DNA of 64,000 nt, taken from positions 62,001 to 126,000 of the forward strand of contig NMRA01000313.1 of NCBI GenBank assembly GCA_002633005.1. Direction: 5' to 3'. Both the position numbers and the translations under genes were made by a program. Positions 26,576-40,195 of the stretch are shown here, one piece after another (the stretch's first letter is position 1; each line of letters begins with the position of its first letter). The notes beneath the pieces were generated by a model. It ran no database searches. It had not been told where the DNA came from and was given only the letters and a program-made list of their open reading frames with translations. Origin of the DNA: Phoronis australis (taxonomy: Eukaryota; Animalia; Phoronida).

Positions 26576-29060
26576 TATGTATTTAGGATGAGGTCGTCTG
26601 CCGAATGTCACAGGCTCAGAAGTAGTAGTGGCAAGCGGGGAAAAACAATGAAATGATTCCCTCTCAAAGCGGTTTTTAGTTATATTAAGAAGGACAGCAA
26701 TAGATAATTCTAATGTTCCGTGTCGCACCTGCCAACACCACGAAGACAGCACTACCTGTACATTGGATGTAGTCCAATTGTCGTAATGCCGTGGTCCCAC
26801 TTTAAACTGTCACAACTTCGCCATTTCTTAACACACAGTCAGAATTTTGGTATCCACGTGCTTAGGAAACTCGTAGAATTTGTTTCACAATATCAGTTTT
26901 ACATCACCAATATTCCTTTGTCAGTTAACGAATCTTGAATTTCATGCTTTTAGTCGACTTTACATGCAATTGCTGTACTTGACATCATCAACGTCAAGAG
27001 ACATCTAGTGAGGGATTTTTTGCACGGTAGTCGTGCTTCAATTTTGCACGTAAATGAAATTTCAAAGGCTTGTTACTTTGTTAAAACATTAAAAATTGTA
27101 GTAACAAAATTTTGATTCATGGTAACTGTGCGTTTCAGTACTACCGTACTGATACACTGGTCAATAGTTCCAGTGGTGAATGTCACAGGTTTCAACATAC
27201 CTATAATCCATTTACTAGCTATTGCAACTGAGCTAGTTTGAATGAAAGTCAACAATCAATTACTTACAGTCTATCATGACAGAGGGGCAAACGCTTGATG
27301 CACAGCCTGATGTTGACTTTTGGTATTTTTAAACTGTAGGAGGATGTCATGTGGCTGGGTCATCGATAGCAAGTGGGGTCAGAAGTAAATGCACCACGTT
27401 CACCCTCTTTTTAATAATTAAAAGTTCTAACTGAAGCACATAGTTTTTATTGACGCGACTTACAGACAAAGTACAACACAACACAAACTAAGTCACATAC
27501 TTTTCCGTGCATTATACTAGATCAAAATGTATCATAGCCAAGGTGTATGGACCTGAATCAGCTTCTTGACTGTGGGTCGTTAATGGTGACCTGAGTGGCA
27601 TGAAAAATCAGGACCAGTAGATCATTTTTACTGGTCTTGACCTGGAGGTGCAAAAATATTTCTATACCCCTGCACTTGTAATGAAATGTAAAGTACCAAC
27701 GATACAAATTATGTGTGTAAGTACACTATAGAACATGGGCATTTAATGGTTAAAATTTTGGAAAATTCGGGGTAGGTGTTAAGTCAGACATGCTAATGTC
27801 AACCTGGAAGATTTGCAGTATGAAAGAGGTTAGAATGCTTGTATTATTAAAAATATCAGATCACATTTTGTCTCGGCTCGTCCTGGAGCATTCATTGCAT
27901 AATTCCTGTATTGATGTATCCCATGGCAATCGAGGCAGTCTCTATGAAGCAAAGCATGTTTGAACACTGGAAATCTTCTACATGGTAGGAATGCAACTTT
28001 TCAAGTGTTCATTAATAATTCAGTCTTTTAATGCAATTACCCGAACCTCGTTTGAGCCACTTGTGAAGCTGAGCTCATGACTTAGCGATTGCATTTACAA
28101 ATTGACTTAATAATAGGTACCTTGAGTTCCTGGAAACAAGTTTAGCCAGTCGTTTTTTGTTACCATGGTAATGCAACATTTGTAGTTTTTCACGGGCATG
28201 AGTTGTTAAGACTCGGAATATTGCAGCAATTGTGTTGTTATTTCTTGGTGTATATTGCCGTCATCTCTGTCTGTCTGAGGTTTGGTGCCCAACCCCAAAC
28301 CTCTTACGATTGTTTTCATAAGTCACATTTACATGACATTAGATCATCAACTGGATCAGCATCAGTCTCTTACACGAAGACTGCTGCGAAGACTGCTGCG
28401 CATGTTCGCATAAACAATAGCAAACGTCCAAATCACGTGGAATGCCAGCGGATCTCTTCTCGAGTGCATTGAAAGATGGTCCTTTTCTGCCCTGCCCCTG
28501 TTGTGTCCTGTAGTTGGAACTGAGCAACTGATCGAGTGCAACTCGCCCTACCTCTCAAACCTCTCTGTGATGTCAACTTGTTGGGTGTCAGGTGTGTTTA
28601 CACACACACTTTCACCCCATGAACTGTTGCCTGTTAGTTCATTGTGACAACTGTCCCTCCTGTAAGTGCAACTATTGAGTAGTCAGTGCAAATGTAGTGC
28701 ACACAGTTACAGTGAACGAGCGAGAGAGATTTGTTGATGTCATGCGATACAATAATTAATTTCCTTTGGTACCCAAAGGTGATTGGCTAAGCAGTTAGCT
28801 GGCCTCACCCCAATGGCCATCTCAATGTATAAGGGTCTTATTTAGTGGTGCAAAGGGCTAATAATTTCACTTGGTAAACCTCAGGTAGCAAAAAATGCTG
28901 ATGGTTTAGCCTAAGCTGTCAGGAAGGCCATTTTGCCAGTAGTTAGTTTGTTTTTTCACCACCTTAATTGCTTTTAAGTGAAAATTGATGTCAAAACAGG
29001 TTCACTCTCCACCATAAATTGATTAATGCAACCTACTTAACAAAGTCCTCTTACCCTGCC

Positions 29061-29235
29061 TCTGTGTACCATTTGTAGTCAGCAGTCTGTGTACCATTCA
29101 TAGTCAGTAGTCTGTGTACCATTTGTAGTCAGTAGTCTGTGTACCATTTGTAGTCAGCAGTCTGTGTACCATTCGTAGTCAGTAGTCTGTGTACCATTTG
29201 TAGTCAGCAGTCTGTGTACCATTTGTAGTCAGCTG
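29061..29235. repeat. 25-bp minisatellite, 7 units
   Basis: tctgtgtaccatt(t/c)gtagtcag(c/t)ag head-to-tail with no spacers. Confidence 0.95.
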
Positions 29236-32139
29236 AGTCTGGCTACTTGTACGACCTCTACATTTAGCCAAACATCAGCAAAATTAAGCATTTAACTTGG
29301 CAAAAGGGTAGTGTATATTTTCTAATTTTGGAAATTCTGTAAAATTTGATTTTTGACATAACAATCTGCAACTTGTTAGGTCATGTGACCTTGCTTTTTC
29401 AGGAAAATTTAGACTAAAAGAACGGCACATTCATAGCAAAATGTCAGGACAAATAACATAACTAAGTTTTGTTTGATATACATGTTCAGGATAAAAATAG
29501 CGAAAACTCTGTTACAGTTTTCTAGATTACTGTTTTGTTCTTGTTTCATGCAACCTTTTTTCATTAAAATCCTATTAGTCCTGTTTTTGATAGCCCTTCA
29601 TCCAAAAGTGGAACATTTTAAGTACCAATGCCTAACCGTCTTTTGGAAACAGTTTATAAGCGTACAATCTGAATCCGATCAGCCATTTCTGAGATATGAT
29701 GTTCCAAAATTGGCCAAAATTGGACATTTTTCCACTGTTCTACATAACCTTGCCTGTCAAACCGCCAGCAAAGTGCCAGCAAAAGTGTCACGTGACTGGT
29801 GTGTGAAAGTGCTAGCAAAGATGTTGAACCTGAACAGGTCATTTGTGTCCACTGCTCTCCATGGCCAAATATAGTTTGCTACAGATTTGGCATACCATCA
29901 GAAAAATGGGGCATGATAAATGACTGGGTCATCGCCTCATCCCTTGTGGAGAATCACTGCAGTCAAAGTCGAGTTTGTCTGATCACTAATTTCATTGATA
30001 TGCTTTTGAGATTCATACTTGGATGTCTAAATTATGGACATTTTCTTTTGCATTATATTAATCCCTTACAAGGTTGTTTCTGTGTTAGGTGTTCCTCCAG
30101 GCAATTGCAAAATGCTCAGAAATCTTTGGTCATAGTCTGGGTGGTAAAGAGCTAGGAGTCAGTACACGGACATTTTGCCAAATGTTCAAAGTGTGCTTAA
30201 TAAATGACCACAATTCACAATTTCTAGTTGGTTGTGCACTGTTTTTCTAACTTGATGAAGGTGAGTCAAACTCATGATGCAGTAAAATCCAAACTGATTA
30301 TTGCGATGACTCAAAACAGGTTTTGGAGAACACTGGACACTCTTATGTACTTTGTGCCGGTGATTTGTGCGTGGAACTCATCACAATGGTAGAGTTTTTG
30401 TAGAACGCTATTAAAAGTACATTTTTGCATTCTGTTCAGCTGTCCAAAGGACAAAATTTGCTCTGGGCCACTTACCTTTTCAAAATGGGTCTCCAAATTT
30501 TTCTCGCCATGATAGGGTGTTATGTCCATCACTATGAAGAACGCGAGTCAAACAATGCTTCAGAATATCTCTGTAAGGTGGTGCTCAGTTTTACATTGAG
30601 CAGTTTAGATCCATTGCAGGATATTGCTGAATTCCAAATAACTAAAACTTATCACAAGCATGGGAAAGAAATTAGATAGCCTAGTTAAGTGGACTCCTTC
30701 AAATTTCACCTTTCTGCAACTTCTAGAAAGAAAGCGAAGCCTAGACGAATGCCGGCTCAAGATTATACACAACAGATCAGATGAAAATTTGAATGCTGTT
30801 GAGGAGACTTAGCCCTGTTTGTGTGACATTTAAACTTTTTTAGCAATATCAGGCGACGATTTGGGTGCAGTCAAGGAGGCTTTGTTTCATTTATGTCAAT
30901 TTCAAAAATTTTCGCAGGATTGTTTCACCGTCTTGGAATCGATTTCATGTATTCCTGTAGTGGCCATGAATTATTTCAACACTAAATATATATCCTTCTG
31001 TATAAGGTGCTTGATGGTATAAAACCTGTTTCTTTGCTTAAGTGGATCTCTGTAAGCTGTTTTTAAGATTACACATGAGAACACTAAAGCTGAGGGTGCT
31101 GGCAAAGTGTACTAGTTTTTAGAAACAGTTATTAATAAGTTAATCATGTTTTTACCATGTAAACTTACAATAATTATATCAGTGTCGATCATTTTCATCT
31201 GGGATAAATTCACAAAATGTTGATTGGTAAATTGGAATGAAAGTTTTAAGTGCAGTGAGCACTCACTAAACCTTGTTTTGTTTGCCCCAGTAGCTGCCCT
31301 TCTACATCATTTCTCTGGTAGATTGAGCTTAATTTTTTCAAATGGGTGGCCTTGGTCCAGTGAGTTACAAAGAAGACAGAAACATGTTGGTCTGTTGAAG
31401 TTAGCGACTTAAACAATTTTTTTCTTTAGGCAATTATTTGCTAGACGCTTAGCGCACTGAAGTTTAGAATCCCTGTTTCTTTTAAAGTTTGCATCCCTTT
31501 TTCAATTCTGTACACTCAAAGTCTCGCAGTTTGCTTGCCCATTTAGCCGACTTTGAAAGGTCAGTTTTCAAATTTTCTCCTAAACTTTTTGAGTGTTGTC
31601 GAGGGTTACGGAGCATTATTTTGTTTCAAAGAACTGAATGGGAAAGTCCTTTTTAGTATCTGTTAATAATCTGAAACTGGGTTTAGTATTCCTTGTAAAA
31701 GGTGCTTGTTTTATCTTCGCTGAATCTCTTCAGTACAGGATCAGGCTACTGATAATTCATGGTATGCTACTTATATCAATGGCTCGTTAACATTAGAATT
31801 AATAGACTTCGTTTGAAGTTTAAGGTAGGTCACCTGTAACTGTAACAGAGGCGCTTGCTCATCTTGTCCCATGCCATCACTGGAAAATTTTTTCAATTTG
31901 GGGCAGAACCGATTGCTATAATTAGCATTTCCCTATTGCTCTAGGCTTTGCTGCTTTGTAGCAGGTGATCAGAGTTTTGCCAGTGTAAATATTTGATAAC
32001 TGCTATGCCATACAAACCATGCTAAACTGAAGTAAAACATTATTAGAAATTTAATTTCGTTCTGGAATACATTGACAAAATAAAAAGAGCACTTAATTAC
32101 CATAAAATTGCATCTAGAACTGAAGACTTTTTATTCAAC

Positions 32140-32397
32140 CACATTCATCTCGGAGTTTACTTCACGAAAAGTCAGAAATTTGGTTGTATGCTCCCTACTA
32201 TTTCTGGAAAACAATTAAATCTCACTCAAGCCACAGCGCAGTCTCCAAGAATACAGCAGCTAGTTACTTTTTATAAATCATTTCTAGTATGTGATGTGGT
32301 AATAATTACTTGTCCGAATCTTTATTCAACAGTTGTATAGTGGGAGCATAAGACTAGTTGTGTCAGTCTGGAGTCACTTCCATGAAAGTGACCCCTG
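32140..32397. mobile_element. ~250-bp MITE family (further copies ~34347-34612 and ~38270-38500; partial at ~23178 and ~25030)
   Basis: Copies share ctattt(c/g)tggaaaa(c/t)aattaaatctcact, gctagttact and ataattactt, with inverted ends tcatg(a/g)aaagtgact...agtcacttt(t)catg. Confidence 0.55.
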
Positions 32398-32834
32398 GTG
32401 TCAGCTGAAGAAGCTCAAAGTGACGTAAGTCTCGGAGAATTTCAGAAAACAGGCGTACTGGAGTCTAGCCAATTGTACTGATTTTGTTTAAATGCTGCTA
32501 ATTACATTGAAGAAGCCAAAGTTTCCACTCTCCAAACTCCTATAAATCATGTTAGTGGTAGTAAATCTTTCCCTTGAGCAAATTCTCCATCATGCATTGA
32601 AAAGAAAACTAACTCACAATACTAAAGAATCAAAACAAAATGTTCCAGTACAAAACATGGCATGCCATGTTTAAGGCCCATGTGAAATCGGAACTTTATG
32701 TCAGAACAACATTTGGGATCTGCCAGTGGAGAGCAATTGTTAATGAAAATTACGGCATGTCCACTTTTGGGTAATATAGTTTATGGAAAATGATAATTGT
32801 ATCCTCAGCTGGTAGATTTATGGGAAATTATACA

Positions 32835-32922
32835 ATCAGTTTGAGCGTAAACCATATTGGCGCCCATGGGCTGGCTACTATCAGTTTGAGCGTAAACCAT
32901 GTTGGTGCCCTTGGGCTGGCTT
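32835..32922. repeat. 45-bp tandem duplication
   Basis: atcagtttgagcgtaaaccat(a/g)ttgg(c/t)gccc(a/t)tgggctggct twice. Confidence 0.85.
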
Positions 32923-34740
32923 TTGGAGCCAGTAACTTACACTGGATTTGTTTGGTATCCCAAATGGGCAGTATGGATTGCTAAAGTATTGTGATAGGCA
33001 GGATTATGTTGATGTTGAAGCATATTTGCATGATATGCTAATAGCAATATTACATCATTCTTATTTAATTCTTTCCCAACATTATTTATTCTTACCTCCG
33101 ACAGTCGTGCTTATCTGATGTTGTTAATGCATTTTCGGCTCAGATGCCCCCATTTCTAACAGTGCATTGCCCGGCTGTACATTCGAGGCTGTATAATATG
33201 AAGAAAAATGACATTTTCTGGATGTATGCCCCAGGATTTGCTTATGAACAGTATTCCAGGTATTCAGCACTTCAGCAACCACCGCTTGTCTCTGAGGGAG
33301 TGTAACGTTTTCTGGTGACTGTCTGTGCATTGCTGTTCGAGGTCAATGCTTTACCTTGACATTAGAGACATTACTGCTTAAAGGCAAACTTGAAAGGAAG
33401 TTCTATTAAAAAATTAATGTATTTGCATGCTGTTTTTCATTAAAAGCAAATTAGGAATAATTATTTATACTAGTACTTTGCATGAATCTGACATACAAAT
33501 GCTGGTATTTGAACGATTTGTTGAATATAGTTATTACACTGCAAGGCATTTATTTCCCCTATCTGGACCCTGCCTGGGATTTGGAGGAATTATCTCCCGA
33601 GGGTTGCTAGTACCTCATTTGATGATTCTTCCAAATGCCACCAGGGGATTAGATATGGGAAATAACTGCTGCATCCATTTTCCCAATTTTTGAACAAATT
33701 GAACGAAGCTCAGAAAATAAAATTGAAACTACTATCTGCAACTTTCATTGTGCCTGAAACCAGTCATCCCTATTCAGGGCATTGGATCGAACCACTCAGC
33801 CATGTGACCTGTTCTTCTGTAGGACATGGCAGTATGTCCATCATGTTTTCTTGCCAAATCATTTTCTTTCACATGGAATAGTATAGATTATTACCCTGGA
33901 GTGTTTTTTTACTGCTCAGGTTTGTGGTGGGGATAAATTTTATTACTAATCCACTGTTAGTGTATTTTTACAGAAAAACAAGTTTTAAGTGTCACAGTTT
34001 ATCCAGGATTGCAAAAACAGGGCTTCCAAAATTGGTTTCCCAAATTTCTTGATCCATGATCACATATTTATGACCAAGTCAAATGCTGGTGCAGTTTTGT
34101 AGATTAATTGTTTCTGTGGAGACATGGGTCTGCAGTAAAGTATCTTTCATTATATTTTAACTATTAAGTTAAGTTTGTTATTCCAGGTGGGCCAATGAGA
34201 TCCCAGAGCCACTATTTGCAAGTTAAAGAAACACCAATGTTTACTTGTTGGTCTCCAAATACTGAACAGGAAGGCCTAAACTATGATGTCTAAATTTGAA
34301 TCAGTCTGTCATATGGACGCGGTTGGCACCCGCTTGATGAAGGCCTGGGATCTATGTCATGAAAAGTGACTGAGACTGATATTTAGTCTTGCGCTCCACA
34401 CAGCTATTTGTGGAAAATAATTAAATCTCACTTGAGCAATAGTGCAAAGTTTCTGAGAACATTCACGAAAGTGCTAGTTACTGAAATAATTTCTTCAAAT
34501 TATGCCTAGACTGTGATGCACTCATAATTACTTGGCACAAACTTTTTTCACCGATTGTGAAGTAGGTGGTGAGACCAAATTTCTGTTCAGTCGTCACTTT
34601 CATGAGATAGATTGCTGCTCTCTTTAGTGAATAACAAGTACTACCGTAGCAATTGTTAGATTTACAGAAGCAACTAGGATCCTAGTTGAAGCCTGGATGG
34701 CTGTTAAGGCTCATAATTGTGAAATGTAACCGGCCTTTTT

Positions 34741-34811
34741 CATGGGCGGCGCACCACAGGCGGCTGGGGAGGCTTTAACCCCCCACTTTTTTCAGCGCTG
34801 CGCCGCCCATG
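34741..34811. mobile_element. 71-bp micro-MITE
   Basis: Perfect 13-bp TIR catgggcggcgca / tgcgccgcccatg, flanked on both sides by ttttt. Confidence 0.7.
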
Positions 34812-35199
34812 TTTTTACATATAGATGGATGTCACATTGCAATGGATTATGGGAAATTTTTCATTTACAACAGAATAAAACCAACCAATGAAATCAGAGT
34901 GCTCAGTGTGTCCCTGGCTGGATAATATCCCACTACTTTCAAATTGAGAAAATGTCGACACTTGTCTATTAAATAAAAAACAACAACGGGAATTCAATTT
35001 CTGTCTGCATTTACTCTTTTAAGTGTTAAACAACCACATATTATTAAACATGTTTTTTTTAAACTGTGTACTAAGTTGTAAAAATGTTCGACACAACCGG
35101 CTTTGTTACAACTCGGCGCATGGTGTTTGATGTAACGTGCTTCTTCCCAAAGTGGTATGTTCACATCTTTAATTCGTGCGTACCATTGGTCATTTCTAG

Positions 35200-35324
35200 G
35201 TCGCAAGAGAAAATGGTTTACGTTCAACGACGCAGCAAGTCATCTGACGGCCCATAAGCCTCTGCAGAAGAACTACCTGGAGCTGGCATGTAACAACCAG
35301 AACGGCCATGTTGGTGTCACGTAA
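35200..35324 (+). CDS. NUDT3/4-like: DIPP / NUDT3-4-like, last coding exon
   Basis: Acceptor catttctag|GT in phase 1. Encodes (G)RKRKWFTFNDAASHLTAHKPLQKNYLELACNNQNGHVGVT*, matching DIPP GRKREWF...HKPVQ..Y; TAA at 35322-35324. Confidence 0.93.
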
Positions 35325-36107
35325 CCGCTCCTGTAGCTGGAAGATGTACATACTGTAAATAGATCCAACATGGCTGCCCCTGATAGTGAAGCAGACGTGA
35401 TACACCCTTGCCATGTGCTTGTTGGTTGAGTGTTGAAGATTTTGAACAATGGAATGTTACTTAGCTTGATGTATTTTGCTGGTGAAATTTTTGAAAGTTT
35501 TTAAGGTGCACACTCTGTTGACTGTTATATAAAATATAGATTTGATATGGATGCTCTATGACCTCACAATTAATAGGTCATACCTCATAAAAAAACCTTG
35601 TGATCACTTAGGGATCAACCTGACTTACTGACATTTTCAAAAGCTTACAAAATCTATGTTGGGGGAAGATGGTAACTGCTGTAATACACATGGAGAGATG
35701 AAAATCGTCATTTTGAGATATTGTGCGAGTCTGTCAAAAGGAGTTACGTTTGCCTCTGTAAATGTCAATCATTAGTCGGACAATTACTTCATCTCTGTCA
35801 GTTACTTTTTTGAATATTACATAGAGGATACTTCTGTGTTCATCAAGTTGATTATAAGTATGTCCTTTGAGGGTTTCTCATAACAAAAGGCTATCATTTG
35901 ATGAATTTACTGTGGTTTTGCTTAGAGTTTTTATGAAGATCACTATTATAAAGGGACCTTGTTTTGTTTGGAACATTGGCTTCATTGCTATGAGAGTCAA
36001 TCAACAGTTGAAGCTGATGGTAATGTCAAACTCTTTGCAACTTTGTGCGAAAGATACATAGAAAACGTTTTTTCAACAAAAAATGCGCTGTTTTAAATTA
36101 CTCCGAT

Positions 36108-36616
36108 ACCCCATTTACACTGGAGCTCAGAATCGACTTAATTTTAATCGATTTATCCTTATCTGCCTCGTTTCTGCCGTGCAGTGTGCTGGAATAATCC
36201 TGGGCATGTGCACTTCTCAACTTCCTGTCAAGAACTTCCCATATTTCTTAATAAATGGATAAAGTGGCATTAATTGGATTGTTTTGGTGCCATTTAAATT
36301 TTGCCGTAAAAGCATATCAAAAAGTATAGTCGGAAAATATCAAACTTGAATTCACGCGGGCAATCTTGGACAAAGATAAACACAGGAACCATTCTACGCA
36401 TGTGCACGTGTACGTCACTCCACCATTTGGATTGTGTGTTTTCACATGATACCGTACGTATCGGTTTTAGTTAAATCGGTTCGAAACCACCACCTCTAGC
36501 TGGTTCATGTATTTGATCAATTCAAGCTAAACCACCTATGTTTACACTTACTTTCTAAAGTGATTTGAGACGCCAACCGAGTTCAAATCGATTTCAAGTC
36601 CGCAATATAAACGGGA
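36108..36616. mobile_element. Harbinger-like MITE downstream of the NUDT stop
   Basis: TIR-like ends ccccatttacactg / caatataaacggg with subterminal aatcgatt motifs at both ends. Confidence 0.5.
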
Positions 36617-36817
36617 TGATAGACTTGAATGCTAGAGGGGGCATTGGTAGCCCCTTAATGGGACAAGCCCATGTGATAGGAGTTGTTGTGGCTCTTTTTC
36701 TAAGTGACTGTAGAGAAACTGTCAGTGCTGTGGTTGTGGATGTTTAGACTAGGATTGCAATTGGAAATGATAAAATAGGTTGTGCTCTGCTCATGACTGA
36801 TGTTGAGCTGGTAAAAA

Positions 36818-36962
36818 TTCACTTACTTAGAACTTGTTTGTAGTTGATGACTCTTGTGTCTCCACCCTCATCTAGGGGTCTTTTTCAATGAGTTGAAAAA
36901 GTACCGTAGATGAGGGCGGAAACGAGTCATCAACTACATTCAAGTACTTTGTAGTAAGTGAA
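36818..36962. repeat. ~145-bp imperfect palindrome
   Basis: ttcacttact..tgtagttgatgactc..ccctcatcta..tttttcaa-tgag-ttgaaaaa..tagatgaggg..gagtcatcaactaca..agtaagtgaa. Confidence 0.9.
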
Positions 36963-39900
36963 CTTGAATGTGCTCTGCAACTGGAATGCGATTTGTAAAT
37001 CGATGGTAGTGCTGTATGTTATTTCTAATACGTGATGGTAAAGGTGTTATTATTTAGACCACATGTACATGTACTGTTAAGATAAAACTGGCCTCAACTT
37101 GCACCTTAGTAATAGATAAAAATGGGTTTCTGTGCTTCAGAAGAACTGAACGGGATAAACTGCTTGCAACTGACAGTTCACTATTGCTCATGACATGGGC
37201 TTGACAAGTTGGTCAGTTGATGTGTCGAGCATGATCTCGAGGAAAAACAATCTTTCGCTTTTTGTCAAGTGCAGATATCACTCTCTGATCTGAGCTTGGA
37301 CCAAGTTGAGGCCAGCTACGCCCAGTGGTCAAATAAAAAACCTTGTTTGCAGAAGATACGTTTTATACCCGTATTGTTTAGAGCTAGAAAATATGCTGTT
37401 AGTTCAGCTTCGTAGTTCTTCCATATATCAAATTAATTCCAAGGCGTTGCTGGACATATATTGTATATTGATTGAAAGTGATGAGATTTTGTAGCTTCCA
37501 TTAGCAACTGGCCTAATGTCAATACACTTAGTTAGCCTCATTATGGAAATTTGACTTTCATCACAGCGCTAAGTGAGCTCGTTGGTGTCTGAAACGACTT
37601 GATCAGCCTAATGAATGGCAAGACTTTTCGTCTTAATACAGGTCAGCTGGTGCTCAATGCTGTTGAATTTGTGCAAAAGGGGAGAGCAATGCAAATTTAT
37701 CATAATCAGCATTTCGAAGTAGTTCCATTCTTGAAATTCTTTTTGTTGGCATCTTCAGCCTGCTGAGCAGATTATTCCCTGTATTTTTCATGACCACAGC
37801 CAGTCATTTGAATGAAAGTATGTAATTTTAACTTTGCATACCGGCTGAGGTTAAACAATATATTTGCCCTGTTTAGCTGACTAAACATGAAAATCGAAGT
37901 AGGCCTTTTAATCTCATAACTCTAGTGTCAGTGTATTCCTTACTATGATGGTATCCTATTTCCTACACTAAAAGGAGTATTGAAACCATCAGCTACTCGG
38001 GGGAGGGGGGAGGAGAACACTCAGGCTGCTGGGGTCTGGGGTTGGCCAGCGCTAAAGTTGGGAATTCGAAAATTGTGCATTACCTGCAACTTGAGTGCGT
38101 AGTAGAAATGGAATCCTATCAGGGTAAGGAATATACGACCGATTTTATGGCAGCAAAAGTCTAAATGCCGCTTTAAGCAATATGTTAGGCTAATTTAAAA
38201 AAATGTCATTTTTTAAAATCGAGGTTGCCTGTGTATCAACCTGGTTTGTGTACTAGTCTTGGTGTCTGTTGCATGAAAACTTACTTTAGACTGAAGTCAG
38301 AAATTTGGGCACACACTCCTACATCCTCGTTTGTGAATAAAGTTATCAAATTATTTGAACAACTACCAGTCTTGGGTATATTTCAGCAGACCTTTTACTT
38401 GTGCTGAAGAGAGATAGTTTTTGTTTAGAGATAGTTGTGTGGAGCAGACTAAATTTCTAACTTATTTAGTCTTTAGTCACTTTTCATGGAACACTCCTGT
38501 TGTAAATTTTTGTCTGTAGGATGTCCCGAAAATGTTCACAAAAATATTTATGAAATGTGATTATCAGCAAATGGATTTACTGAGAATTATTGGTGTTTTT
38601 GTATTTCAAAATTTCTTTTGAGTCACTGTAAATTAGGTAAAATATTACTACTCTTTATTGTAGACAAAGGACGAATATATTCATTCAGACTCTGCACACA
38701 CAAGTCTCGATCCTTTACGTGCTTCACAGAACAAGCACGTTCATTTGACTACTGAATCCACAATTTATGGTCATTCTTCACTTACGTAGCACACAACATG
38801 GCCAACGAGTGAAATTCTGTATTTTTTAAGTTTTCTCACAGAAGTAAAGATTACAAACATCTAGTAGTGTGAAAATGTCATCCAACATTTGAGAATGGCC
38901 AATTGGCAATAATTTATTTGCAAAATAAGTGAAGAATTTAATGTAGAACAGAACCATAACGTGTTAGTGTTCTGCTGCTTGGTGAATCCGCTTTGTTGAA
39001 AAATCTTCAATATCTTCACTGGAGCTGCACAACTGGCCGTGTTTGTTTTTTCTTTGCTAGTAAGGGTCGACTTGTGGTACTGTTACCGACTTCCTTGCAT
39101 TGAAAAACAAATGTTTTGAGTTCCGTGGAATTACAGAAACGCTCAAAATTCCGAGGAAAATCATTTTTTTCAGATTATTTATGTTCACATTTTTGGGACA
39201 CCTTGTGCATTGGTTTTGTTTGTTATTACCTAGCGTTTAGTGGCATCTTGGATGGGAGAGCATTCATGTAGATTATGGCTTTAACATTTAGGGAAGCCAG
39301 CAGTCATCACCCCTCACAAATTGTGAGTGTGTTCTCACTAACAGCATTATAAGCAATTCTGTTCTCACAAGCTGTGTATCCATTCACACGCACCACAATT
39401 GTTTTGTTACCAACACCTTTTTCCCAACTGAAGAATGTGCGATGTGTGTTTGTGACAAAAAGCAGCTCGTAGGAATTGAATTATGGGCTCAAAAAGTGAA
39501 AACAGTTGTGCTGTTCTTGAAAGACTGCGACTGGCTACTGCACCCCCTGTTGTCTAAGTGGCAATGAATGCTGTCCTTTTGCCAGAAAGTAGTTTGATTC
39601 GAACGTTACTTGAACTGTGATATTGTTGACCGTGTACAGCTTATGCTTTGAAAGGCTTTTTGTTTATTTATTTTCCACTGAACATTGTGTTTGAAGTTGG
39701 TTTTTGGTGTTTTGCTTTGCCGTGTGTTGCTATTTTAAGTGCTTTTGCTTAGAGTATTCGCTTGAAGCTCGTGTAGTGTTGTTTGAATATGAGGTGGCTT
39801 ATTGTACTTGTACGATCTTGCGGTGTAGCCATCTTGCATACAAACTCGAAATTCCTGAGCGAACTGACTGTTATGTTTGGCTGGTGGCATGCGATTTTAT

Positions 39901-40195
39901 ATGTGCACACATTAAGCTGACAATACTAAGAGCTGCCAGATGAATCAAGTTGTTTATTTTCACTTTTTCGCTCTTTTTTGATGGATTAGCTAACTCAAAT
40001 TGTGGATAATAGCTTGTCGAGTTTATAGGCTTGAAATCCTTAAGATTGCATGATACCCATTTTGTGCTGTGAGATGTATTCAAACTGAAATGGAGTGACT
40101 TTGTGGTGGAGTATCTGATCATAGAAACAATCCTTTAGATCGGTTTGTTATCCCTGGAACATACTGTAAATTGTTGAATGCTTAACTTGCCTTAA

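Noticed and set aside
29061-29235. CRISPR-like array (also considered for 44409-44575)
   Set aside because: Units are head-to-tail without unique spacers, no cas genes are present, and the context is a spliced eukaryotic locus.
37600-37650. Hammerhead ribozyme (cagc-ctaatga..aagac-ttttc-gtctt-aatac-ag-gtc-agctg)
   Set aside because: Both catalytic boxes are mutated (CTAATGA, AATAC); at most a dead relic.
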